From NCBI GenBank assembly GCA_973895155.1, contig OZ316899.1:2255573-2319572 (forward strand): a stretch of DNA of 64,000 nucleotides, given 5' to 3'. This document shows, one piece after another, positions 23,514 through 33,032 of this stretch. Below the pieces are notes generated by a model that had not been told where the DNA came from, made no database searches, and saw only the letters and a program-made list of their open reading frames with translations. Source of the stretch: Marsupella aquatica. Its lineage: Eukaryota > Plantae > Marchantiophyta. The position numbers and the translations under genes are program-made. The stretch's first letter is position 1. Each line of letters opens with the position of its first letter.

Positions 23514-26500
23514 ATGCCGAGAGGGAGAAGGGGAGGTAGAGGAAGTCCCCAACACACACGTACCCCAAGATCAGAGCTAGAAGGGGGGCCCTCTTGGATT
23601 GGGACCAGACGACGAGTTGCTGCCGAAGAACGCTTACGGCTTGCAGAAGAGAGGAGGTTGCCACTGGTGCTGGAAGAACAAGTTGGTGTGCAACAGGAAG
23701 AGGCTCAACGTAATGAGGCCATATGCCCAGACGAAGAGCCAGACATAGATCACGAGCGAGAAGAAGGAGAGCCCTTTGTGTTGGTGCAGTCTGAGTTACA
23801 AAATCTGATCCCAGAGCTCACTGCATTGCCACAAATCATCTCACACCTATCATCGGTGCTGTTACCGGTGGCCCAACAAGCGCCATTACCACCTGTGTTG
23901 ATACAGGCACCGGCTGCACCGATGGCAGCTGCACAACGTACCCGTGTTCAGTACGTACCCTTCAAGGGGAGACCAAAGGATGATCCAGACGAATGGATTG
24001 AGGAGTTTGAAGGGATTGCCGAAGCTAATGGGGAGTCTGCACATAAGCTCACTATCATTCCTGGAATGATGAGAGGGGAGGCAGGTCCATGGTTCATTTC
24101 GTTGTTGGCCAACGTGAAAGCTGATTGGGCTCTGTTCAAGCAAGCCTTCTTGAAGGAGTTCAGATCCATAGGAGTGGAGGCCACCTCACTATTAAAGGTG
24201 GGCCAACTCAGGATGAAGAAGAAGGAGTCATTACGGAGGTTTTTGCAAAGGTTCCAAAAGCTGGTACGTCGGATCCAAGCCCGTACCGATGATGCTATGC
24301 GTCAAGCCTGGTTTGTGGCTGCCCTACCAAGCAAGATGGGGTTCTTTGTACGTCAAGCCAAGCCAACCACATTGGCTGAAGCTATTGCAGCAGCGGAGTC
24401 ATACACCGCAGCTGATGCCACAAGCAAGCGTTGCCGAAGAAAGAAGCTGAAGCCGGTTGACAGTTCCTCCAGTGAGGAGTCGAGTGGATCTGATTCAGAT
24501 AGTAGTGATGAATCTGAGGATTCTGAGAGTACTACAGAGTCAGACACTACGGAGTCAGAAGCTGAAAGACGAAGGAGGAAGAAGAAGAAGTTGTCAAAGA
24601 AAGTCAAGAAGTCCTCTCACCGTGAAGTGATACTACCCACGGTGGCCGTTACACCATTGTCTACGGCAAGACGCCTGAAGGAGCAAGAGGCCAGATATGA
24701 TGAGCTGACGGAGCAAATGAAAGCGTTGAAAGTACATTTTGCCGGACTCAAACCTGAGAGGAGAAAAGTTCCGGTGGAGAGAGCCAATGTGTGGTGCACC
24801 AAGTGCATGAAGTTTGGTCATGCCCCGAAGGAGTGCCCAGCGGGAGAACCAGCCAAGGTTTTCCAAGTACGGGAGGAGGATGTTGAGGGGGCAAGCTACT
24901 CAAATCCTTCATATGCAGCGGAAGGGCCAATAGAGTACTTCATGGAGGAGCCACCAGAGGCCAACGTGTATAGTGTACAACCTCTCAACCCGGGACCACG
25001 GAGCATTCATGGAGTTTCAACAAACGCCGGAGCACCCGCATACTCCAACTATCCCAACGCTAACCCAGGGAATCGACCACCGTACCCTGGAGTGAGGAAG
25101 ATCCCTATTTGTTACAATTGTAGAGTGGCGGGCCACTACGCTAATGTGTGCCCAGAGCCCACCCGTCAAGGCAATGGAGATTTTGCCCGGCTGTGTCAAC
25201 TATGCAAGGGGGAGGGTCATCTTGCACCACACTGCCCAACCTTGGAGGCGTTCAAGGCTCAACCGATTGGGGCACAAGAGAAGAAGGGGCCGCCACCTCC
25301 TCTGAAAGAAGCTAGCGTCAACTTTCTCACCACGGAAGCAGTCGACACCCCTCTAATCACTAGAAGAGAAGAAACCGTAGTGAACATTCCCAAGCAAAGG
25401 ATGACCACCATAACGGAGGAGGTGGTACCGCTAGTCGTTGTAGTATCTCCAGTTGTTGAGATACCGGTGGTTGTTGTTGCAACATCTACGGAAGTTGAAG
25501 TTGCTAACCCCTCACCCCCAAGTCATGAGTGGACTCATGCTGAGAATCTACCGGAGGAAGACAGCGACGAGGAGAGAAGGCATTACTCTTGTTACCGAGT
25601 CTCCACTCGATCCGGCAAAAAGAAGGGCAAGTCCGAGCTCAAGCAGAAGTACAAGGAGGTGCATCAAGCTTCCACATCGGGTACCTCACACGAACCGGAG
25701 GTGCCACCCATGGAGGATAGTGACTTTGATCGGGACAACCCCAAGTTGTTCTATCCGAAGGTGGGAGAAGAGGTACGTAAGCAGTTGGAGGAGCTAGAAG
25801 CACAAGCCATGCAAGCGGCCATTGACAAAGACATGGAGGAGGCAAAGGCCAGAAAGAAAGCGGAGGAGAGGGTTGTTCGTTGGAAACCGGGAGAAGAGGT
25901 CATCCCACCCATACCTCCTGCAACCGCGTACAACATTGCTCAAGACATTCTGGATTGCCCAGTCAGTGCCACAATTGGTCAACTATTACGGGATAGCTCC
26001 CTATACCGTCGCCAAGTCAAGGAGATTCTCATGAGGAGGAGACGTAGAAGAAGGTTACCCAAAGTTGGGGCTGACCCCATACAAGTCAACTGGGTCACGG
26101 AGGATTTGGGTGCCCCAGAACTCACGGTGGACATCAATGGATGTGCAATACGGTTTGTACCGGTGGACGGGGGCTCGGGAGTCAACATCATGACTGAGGA
26201 GACGGCAAACCGGTTGGGGTATACAGAGTTAGAACCACCGGCACGTGCCATGAGGTTGGCTGATGGTGCACGGGTGGTGCCGTTGGGGTGTCTCACCAAG
26301 ATTCCAACAATGATTGGGGGAAAATCTTTCCCCCTCAACTATTTGGTGATGCGACCCGTTCGGCCGTACGGTTTTCCCATTTTAATTGGCAGGCCATGGT
26401 TGTATGTGGCCAAGGTCACAAGTGATTGGGGCAAACGGCAGTTTCGGTTTGGTATCCCCACTATCACTATTCCATGGTCAGCGGAGTCACCTCACGGGGA

Positions 26501-29500
26501 GACTACGACTATGGAGGAGGAATATGATTCAGAGGTCACCTCAGATGAAGACGAGGATGAAGTATACATGGTGAAACTGATTTCTCACCTCACGGAGGAA
26601 GATGTTTTTGGCCCCGGAGTTGCTACTCAAGAGCATGCAGTAGAGGAATCAGTTAGCCAAGTGCACGCTGTTCTAGAAGAGATGGAAGACGAGCGAAGCA
26701 AAATTGTGGAGGCTGAACCTCTAGAGATTCATGATAGGGAGGCAGAGGATCACCCCGAGGAGGTGGAAATGCAAGCCCACACGATCATGTTTGATGATGA
26801 GCAAAGAGAGCAGTTTTTGAATGACATCCTGGATGATGACTTTAGAGAGGAGCTATTGTCACATTACAAAGAATCTGACGTTGAAGAAATAATGGCCCAT
26901 GTGACAAAGGATCCACCTCCATCCCGACCAGACCAGGAGGAGAGTGATGCACCGGTGTATGGAGGGATGAGGCTCACACGGTTGGAAGAAACCTTTGATG
27001 AGGAGACACGCAACAAGTTGGACGTGATCAGGCCGGAGCAGTACACAAAGGTGGAAGTGGGTGAGGGCAAGACACTCAACATTGGTAGTAAGTTGGATGC
27101 TACGGAGCAACGCACGATTCAGGAATTGTTGAAAGAGTACCAAGACGTATTTGCGTGGAGCCACCAAGATTTGAAAGGAGTGCCACCTGAGTTTGGTGAG
27201 CACAGCATTGACCTGATGTCAGGAGCACGACCTGTGAGGCAACGCCAATACCGCCTCAACCCCAAATACTCACTCATGGTGAAGGAGGAGATTGACCGTT
27301 TGTTGGATGCAGGATTCATTTATCCGGTCATGCATAGTGAGTGGGTGTCACCCATCGTAATCGTGCCCAAGAAAAAGGGGCCAGACGGGAAGGTGAAAAT
27401 ACGGGTGTGCCAAGATTTTCGAAAGTTGAATGATGCGACCAAGAAGGATCACTACCCGCTACCGTTCACGGATATCGTGTTGGACATGGTAGCAGGTTGG
27501 GAGATATACAGCTTCTTGGATGGCTACTCTGGGTACAACCAAATCTGGATACGGGAGGAGGACCAACTCAAGACGGCTTTCACAACAGAGTGGGGGATTT
27601 TTGCATTCCGGAGAATGCCTTTTGGGTTGTGCAATGCCCCTGGCATGTTCCAACGGCTCATGATGAATATATTTCATGACTTTTTACGCAGGTTCTTGGA
27701 GATCTTTATTGATGACTTTGCTGTCTACGGCAAACGAGTCAAGCATCCGGAACACTTACGGTTGACTTTTCAGCGGTGCCGGGAGACTTGCCTGAAGCTG
27801 CATCCGGAGAAATGTTTCTTTGGAATTGAGGAGGGAATCCTATTGGGCCACAAAGTGTCTGCACGAGGGATTGAAGTTGATCGTGAGAAGGTCGCCGTGT
27901 GGGTAGCAGTCTCATTTCCCAAGAATGTGAAGGAAGTGAGAGGGTTCTTGGGGTGTGTTGGCTACTACCGACGCTTCATCAAAGACTTTGCCAAGGTAGC
28001 CATGCCACTCACTTCCATGTTGAAAAAAGGAAGTGAGTTTGAACCTACTCCTTCCCGTCAGGCTGCTTTTGATGAATTGAAGAAACGATTGCTAGAGGCC
28101 CCCGTGCTCATTACGCCCAATTGGAATAAGGAATTCCATGTTTACGTAGACGTATCAGGATTTTGCATCGGTGCCGTTTTGAGTCAGTTAGATGATGATG
28201 GAAGAGACCATCCCATCTACTTTGCCAGTAGGCAGTTGGCCCCGGCAGAGAAAAACTACTCACCCACCGATAGGGAGGCACTTGGTATCATCTACGCTTG
28301 TAAGAAGTATCGTCATTATTTGTTGGGGTACAAGGTTGTGTTCCACACGGATCACAACAGCTTGAAATACATGGTCAACAAGCCAGATCTGTCCGGGAGA
28401 ATTGCACGTTGGGTTTTGTTGCTACAAGAGTTCAACTATGAGGTGAGAGTAAGATCGGGGAAGAGTCATAGCAATGCAGACTTCTTCTCCCGTATTGAGG
28501 GAGCATCTGACTCCCAGGAGATTGATGATCGGTTCCCGGATGAGGAAGTGTTCAGCGTGAATACAGAGGCCACTACTTGGTATGGAGAAATTTTGGAATT
28601 TCTCCGCACGGCTAGAGTTCCCTCACGTTTGGGCCCGGAGAGAGCAGCAGTGTTTTTGCGTAAGACAGGTCCCTACTTGCTTGTGAAGGGAGTACTTCAC
28701 AAGTACGGCATGGATGGCCGACTTCGTCGTTGTTTGGAGGAAGCGGAGATACGTACAGTCATGGCAGCATTACATGAGGAGGAAGCTGGTGGCCACTTTG
28801 CACGGGAGACCACCGCAAGGAAAATACTAGATGCTGGATATTGGTGGCCAACTCTCTTTCGGGATGTACACCGGTACATCCAGCGATGTGATCCGTGCCA
28901 GCGTCAAGGCAAACCAGGGCCCTCCTCACGACACCCATTGGTGCCCATACTTCCTCTTGCACCCTTTGAGAAGTGGGGGGTGGACTTCATTGGCCCTTTC
29001 ACTCCCATCACACGAAGAGGGAGGAAGCGCTACATCATTCTTGCAACGGACTATGCCACCAAGTGGGTGGAGGCCCGAGCTACTGCCAAGGATGATGCCA
29101 ACACCACGGCACGTTTTTTGTATGAGCAGATTTTTACACGATTTGGTCCACCATTGGAGTTGGTAAGTGACAGGGGTACTCACTTCCTCAATCATACGAT
29201 TGAACGTTTGACGGAGAACTACTTGATCTCACATAGGAAGACCACTCCGTACCACCCTCGAGCCAACGGGCTCACTGAGAGAGCCAACGGGATCATGGGC
29301 AAGATCCTCAACAAAACGGTATCCGCTCACAAGACCGATTGGGATTTGAAGTTGTTGGCTGCCACTTACGCTTACAACCTGGCTCACAAGACTACCACGG
29401 GCCACAACCCCTATTTCCTTGTGTTTGGACAACACTCTCTTGTGCCGGTGGAATTTGAGGTTCCAACCATTCGAATCCTAACACGGGAAAGGGAAGGGGC

Positions 29501-29912
29501 AGAAGAAAGTGTCGCTTCACGGATCCAACAGTTGGAGCAACTCACGGAGACACGAGAAGAGGCTTTGACACATACGGAGCAGGAGCAAGGCAAACGCAAG
29601 TCACATTACGATTCCCGTCTCCGTCGTGTGTCCATTGAGGAGGGAGATTTGGTGCTCCTCTACGATAGCCGCTTCATGCATTTCCCCGGGAAGTTGCATA
29701 CACGGTGGATGGGACCCTACGTAGTGGATGCCGTCTACTCCAACGGCTCGGTTCAACTCAAGACATTGGAGGGGCAACTACTCAACACACGGATCAATCA
29801 AGAGCGCCTAAAGAAGTACTACACGGAGGAAGAGTATGGTGCTCGCGGGGGCGCTTCGCAATTAAGAGAGGAGCTATGTGACGGGTACCCCGTCACGGGA
29901 AGTCACACATAA
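23514..29912 (+). CDS. gag-pol: Gag-Pol polyprotein of A, 2132 aa (CA, 3 CCHC, PR, RT, RNase H, IN)
   Basis: DPDEWIEEFE gag; VPVDGGSGVNI protease; MPFGLCNAP and FIDDF RT; VYVDVSG RNase H; H..GHF...C..C, VDFIG, VSDRG, ERAN integrase; RWMGPY. Confidence 0.98.
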   Translation: MPRGRRGGRGSPQHTRTPRSELEGGPSWIGTRRRVAAEERLRLAEERRLPLVLEEQVGVQQEEAQRNEAICPDEEPDIDHEREEGEPFVLVQSELQNLIPELTALPQIISHLSSVLLPVAQQAPLPPVLIQAPAAPMAAAQRTRVQYVPFKGRPKDDPDEWIEEFEGIAEANGESAHKLTIIPGMMRGEAGPWFISLLANVKADWALFKQAFLKEFRSIGVEATSLLKVGQLRMKKKESLRRFLQRFQKLVRRIQARTDDAMRQAWFVAALPSKMGFFVRQAKPTTLAEAIAAAESYTAADATSKRCRRKKLKPVDSSSSEESSGSDSDSSDESEDSESTTESDTTESEAERRRRKKKKLSKKVKKSSHREVILPTVAVTPLSTARRLKEQEARYDELTEQMKALKVHFAGLKPERRKVPVERANVWCTKCMKFGHAPKECPAGEPAKVFQVREEDVEGASYSNPSYAAEGPIEYFMEEPPEANVYSVQPLNPGPRSIHGVSTNAGAPAYSNYPNANPGNRPPYPGVRKIPICYNCRVAGHYANVCPEPTRQGNGDFARLCQLCKGEGHLAPHCPTLEAFKAQPIGAQEKKGPPPPLKEASVNFLTTEAVDTPLITRREETVVNIPKQRMTTITEEVVPLVVVVSPVVEIPVVVVATSTEVEVANPSPPSHEWTHAENLPEEDSDEERRHYSCYRVSTRSGKKKGKSELKQKYKEVHQASTSGTSHEPEVPPMEDSDFDRDNPKLFYPKVGEEVRKQLEELEAQAMQAAIDKDMEEAKARKKAEERVVRWKPGEEVIPPIPPATAYNIAQDILDCPVSATIGQLLRDSSLYRRQVKEILMRRRRRRRLPKVGADPIQVNWVTEDLGAPELTVDINGCAIRFVPVDGGSGVNIMTEETANRLGYTELEPPARAMRLADGARVVPLGCLTKIPTMIGGKSFPLNYLVMRPVRPYGFPILIGRPWLYVAKVTSDWGKRQFRFGIPTITIPWSAESPHGETTTMEEEYDSEVTSDEDEDEVYMVKLISHLTEEDVFGPGVATQEHAVEESVSQVHAVLEEMEDERSKIVEAEPLEIHDREAEDHPEEVEMQAHTIMFDDEQREQFLNDILDDDFREELLSHYKESDVEEIMAHVTKDPPPSRPDQEESDAPVYGGMRLTRLEETFDEETRNKLDVIRPEQYTKVEVGEGKTLNIGSKLDATEQRTIQELLKEYQDVFAWSHQDLKGVPPEFGEHSIDLMSGARPVRQRQYRLNPKYSLMVKEEIDRLLDAGFIYPVMHSEWVSPIVIVPKKKGPDGKVKIRVCQDFRKLNDATKKDHYPLPFTDIVLDMVAGWEIYSFLDGYSGYNQIWIREEDQLKTAFTTEWGIFAFRRMPFGLCNAPGMFQRLMMNIFHDFLRRFLEIFIDDFAVYGKRVKHPEHLRLTFQRCRETCLKLHPEKCFFGIEEGILLGHKVSARGIEVDREKVAVWVAVSFPKNVKEVRGFLGCVGYYRRFIKDFAKVAMPLTSMLKKGSEFEPTPSRQAAFDELKKRLLEAPVLITPNWNKEFHVYVDVSGFCIGAVLSQLDDDGRDHPIYFASRQLAPAEKNYSPTDREALGIIYACKKYRHYLLGYKVVFHTDHNSLKYMVNKPDLSGRIARWVLLLQEFNYEVRVRSGKSHSNADFFSRIEGASDSQEIDDRFPDEEVFSVNTEATTWYGEILEFLRTARVPSRLGPERAAVFLRKTGPYLLVKGVLHKYGMDGRLRRCLEEAEIRTVMAALHEEEAGGHFARETTARKILDAGYWWPTLFRDVHRYIQRCDPCQRQGKPGPSSRHPLVPILPLAPFEKWGVDFIGPFTPITRRGRKRYIILATDYATKWVEARATAKDDANTTARFLYEQIFTRFGPPLELVSDRGTHFLNHTIERLTENYLISHRKTTPYHPRANGLTERANGIMGKILNKTVSAHKTDWDLKLLAATYAYNLAHKTTTGHNPYFLVFGQHSLVPVEFEVPTIRILTREREGAEESVASRIQQLEQLTETREEALTHTEQEQGKRKSHYDSRLRRVSIEEGDLVLLYDSRFMHFPGKLHTRWMGPYVVDAVYSNGSVQLKTLEGQLLNTRINQERLKKYYTEEEYGARGGASQLREELCDGYPVTGSHT
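29860..29876 (+). other. Polypurine tract of A
   Basis: AATTAAGAGAGGAGCTA immediately before the 3' LTR TG. Confidence 0.85.
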
Positions 29913-30376
29913 CTGGTTGCAAAGGCCGATACCTTGTTAATAGTCAATGTAAATAAGCCATTTTTTAATTTTTAGTTAATTCCGTCATTATAGGTTGATG
30001 ATGCCCCAGGTGACTTTATATTCTTTCTCTCATAATAGTTCTAAGATTTGCGGCGACCTAAGTGGGCAAATATTTTGGGACCTTGAAACTAGCCAGGACC
30101 AGCCCCATAGGACTTACCGTTTTGCTTCAAGAGCTATTGTTGAGACCCCCATTGCAAAGTCAGGAGAGGGGGGGGTTTTTTTTTAAATAAATCCCTCCTC
30201 AGGAGGGCGAGTCCCATTAGTGGCCGTCCGAGAGAAAGAGGGGCTGCCTCGCGAGCCCATAGGGCTGCGTGCCCGGGCGATTAATGGGGCTCCGCGAGCT
30301 GAAGGGGCTGCCTCGCGAGCCCATAGGGCTGCGTGCCCGGGCAATTAATGAGGCTCCGCGAGCTGAAGGAGCGCAA

Positions 30377-30753
30377 GCGAGCGGGGGGGGGGGAGTTAAA
30401 GGGCCTCCCGCGAGCTGGGAGGATCACGCGAGCGGGGGGGAGTTAAAGGGCCTCCCGCGAGCTGGGAGGATCACGCGAGCGGGGGGGAGTTAAAGGGCCT
30501 CCCGCGAGCTGGGAGGATCACGCGAGCGGGGGGGAGTTAAAGGGACTCCCGCGAGCTGGGAGGATCACGCGAGCGGGGGGGAGTTAAAGGGCCTCCCGCG
30601 AGCTGGGAGGATCACGCGAGCGGGGGGGAGTTAAAGGGCCTCCCGCGAGCTGGGAGGATCACGCGAGCGGGGGGGAGTTAAAGGGCCTCCCGCGAGCTGG
30701 GAGGATCACGCGAGCGGGGGGGAGTTGAAGGGCCTCCCGCGAGCCGGGAGGAA
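30377..30753 (+). repeat. 47-bp tandem repeat, 7 full copies plus 1 variant
   Basis: Same unit as at 19635. Confidence 0.95.
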
Positions 30754-31175
30754 TGGCCGCGCGCCCTGCATAGGGCCGCGCGCAGGAGGACGCAAGGGTA
30801 AGGCCCGAGAAATGGGCCGGGGCGCATGGCGAAGGCGCCAGGAGTTTTTTCGGTTCTATTTTTTTTTCCTTCCTTTTTCTTTCCCTCTTCCTTTTGCACG
30901 ACCCTCTCATTGCCGAAAGCAAAAACGGGGTTCTTCTCTCTCTTGCCGGAAGCTCTCTCCAGATTCTAATTATTTTTGAAGCTCTCTCTTTCATGGTGGA
31001 TTAGTGGGGCTTGCTGGCGTCATTCTTCCAGGCATTAGTGGCGGCCGCACGGAGTAGTGACGGGAAATTGAGAGAATTTAAGTGATCGGGCTACGGGGGC
31101 TGTTTCGGGCCAGGGAATTGACATTGCCACGGGTGACGGGATTGGTGATTGAGAAATTGATTTCGGGATGCATGG

Positions 31176-33032
31176 ATGCTAGATCAACCAGAGTTTAGTG
31201 CGTCACGCATTCGGAGATACAAGGCTGCTTACCGTGACTACGTGGAGACTCGGATTACACGGGAAAGGGAAGAGAGAGAAGTTATGATGAGCACGGGATT
31301 GGCAGCGGGTTCCTCACCGGTGGGTAGGAAGATTTTTCGCCGAATTTATCCCAAGACCTCCACCAAGGTGATGGAGGATTGTCGGAACATTTTCCAAGCC
31401 ACCGGGCTTACAGAATTCATGAAGGTGGAGATTACCATCCCTTCAGGGAAGAGCTGGGACATTGAGGCCGGGATGGAGTTCCGAACGGAGGGAATCTACT
31501 TTGAATGTCTCAAACGTGTAGTGCCCCATGTGGAGTTGGCTAAGCTATTGTTTCTTGAGAATCAGAAATTCTCATTCACACCTCGGAATATCAGGGGAGA
31601 ACTCACGTTGAAAATGGTGGCCACTTGGGTGACCAATCCTACCTCCACCACCGCCATCCCTCTTTCTGCTGTCAAGGATGTTGAGTATAAGGGCTTCCTG
31701 GCCAAGGTGCATCAACGGGTTCTTGGCAACGTGCAATCCGGAGTGCTGAATGAGGAGCATTTCGTGGTAGCTATGGACATCAAGAACTACCCAGCCCATG
31801 TGTACGGATGGTGGTGCTACGGATTGAAGAAGCTATTGGCCGCTGAGCCCGGGAGTGTGAAACCAGGTGGGGCTGTACATTTGATGGGGTCATTTGTATT
31901 GGCCAGGGCAGAAGGGTTGATTGGTTCTCCGGGGCATGAAGACACGGGATCATCTCTCACCACGGAGATCCGGAGTATTGCCACTACCGTTTTAGGGAAG
32001 CTCACGGAGGAATCATTGTCTGCTGGTGGGGAGGATAATAGAGAAGAAGAGAACCAGGAGGATGATTGCACATTGGAGTGGCTTGAATCACTCGTGGGAG
32101 ATCCGAAACAGCCTCTGGAATACAACATTCCGGATGTTTACTTGGCAGAGCTACGGGATTTCAGAGAGGGAGTCCACGAGGGACTCAAGCTAGTCCACGC
32201 ATTGAGGGAGTCTCTCAAGCACGCCACAGTCAAAGTAGAGACGTTAGAGCAGAGCATCCTGTCACTGAAGGAGGTGATCAAGACCAAGGAGCAGACCATT
32301 CATGAGAAGGTCAGGCACATCAATGCAGCTCACGTAGAGATCACCAACTTGAAGGGAGCTTTGTCCACCAAGGCCAAGGAAGCAGAAGAAGTAGGAGCGT
32401 TGAGGCAAGCATTGGCCAAAGAGAAGCAAAATTCTGGAGAAGTGATGGAGTGGAGGAACCAGGTGGGAGCACTACGGAGTCAGGTGGCAGCCTTTGAGAC
32501 ACGAGCGAAGAGAAGTGAGGCCCTGAGTCTAGGGAAACGGAAGAGTCCCGGCACACCTGGCTCCACACTTTCCCCGGATGTGATCTCCCAAGCTATCGAG
32601 ATGGTGGTGAAGGAGGTTAGTGGGAAGTATGGACCCTTGTTGGATGGAGCCAAGAAGAGTCAGGAGAAGAGTAAGAGCTTGGAGAAGAAGCTCCGGGAGG
32701 TACGGAAATCGTTACGGGAGGCTCAGGTCAGTACGGGGATGCCACCCAGGTCTGTCACCCCCGGGACTCCCATGGCCACGGGGCAAGTTCTACCGTTGGA
32801 GTTGCGGTCCGGAGAAGAGGCTACCCTCTGGAAGGACACAATTGGTGAGGGGTACATCAAGGCGTGGCAGGCCTTGGTTGCTTTGAGGAAGCGCGGGAGC
32901 AGCAGCACTAAGAGTACTCCGTCGAAGAAGAAGAAAAGTACGGTGGCACTCACTCCCGTGAGTGATGAGGAGGAGGACCACTCACGGGGCACAAGTCCGG
33001 GCACCGAGAGCGAAGAAGAAGAGGAGGATTAG
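31176..33032 (+). CDS. Second copy of the 618-aa LTR-encoded accessory protein (one A/V difference)
   Basis: Identical to 20291-22147 except WQALAAL versus WQALVAL. Confidence 0.8.
   Translation: MLDQPEFSASRIRRYKAAYRDYVETRITREREEREVMMSTGLAAGSSPVGRKIFRRIYPKTSTKVMEDCRNIFQATGLTEFMKVEITIPSGKSWDIEAGMEFRTEGIYFECLKRVVPHVELAKLLFLENQKFSFTPRNIRGELTLKMVATWVTNPTSTTAIPLSAVKDVEYKGFLAKVHQRVLGNVQSGVLNEEHFVVAMDIKNYPAHVYGWWCYGLKKLLAAEPGSVKPGGAVHLMGSFVLARAEGLIGSPGHEDTGSSLTTEIRSIATTVLGKLTEESLSAGGEDNREEENQEDDCTLEWLESLVGDPKQPLEYNIPDVYLAELRDFREGVHEGLKLVHALRESLKHATVKVETLEQSILSLKEVIKTKEQTIHEKVRHINAAHVEITNLKGALSTKAKEAEEVGALRQALAKEKQNSGEVMEWRNQVGALRSQVAAFETRAKRSEALSLGKRKSPGTPGSTLSPDVISQAIEMVVKEVSGKYGPLLDGAKKSQEKSKSLEKKLREVRKSLREAQVSTGMPPRSVTPGTPMATGQVLPLELRSGEEATLWKDTIGEGYIKAWQALVALRKRGSSSTKSTPSKKKKSTVALTPVSDEEEDHSRGTSPGTESEEEEED

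Noticed and set aside
23886-29599. Many 60-120 aa antisense or alternate-frame ORFs within gag-pol of A (likewise in B, F and H)
   Set aside because: Shadow ORFs with no motifs and no conservation between related elements
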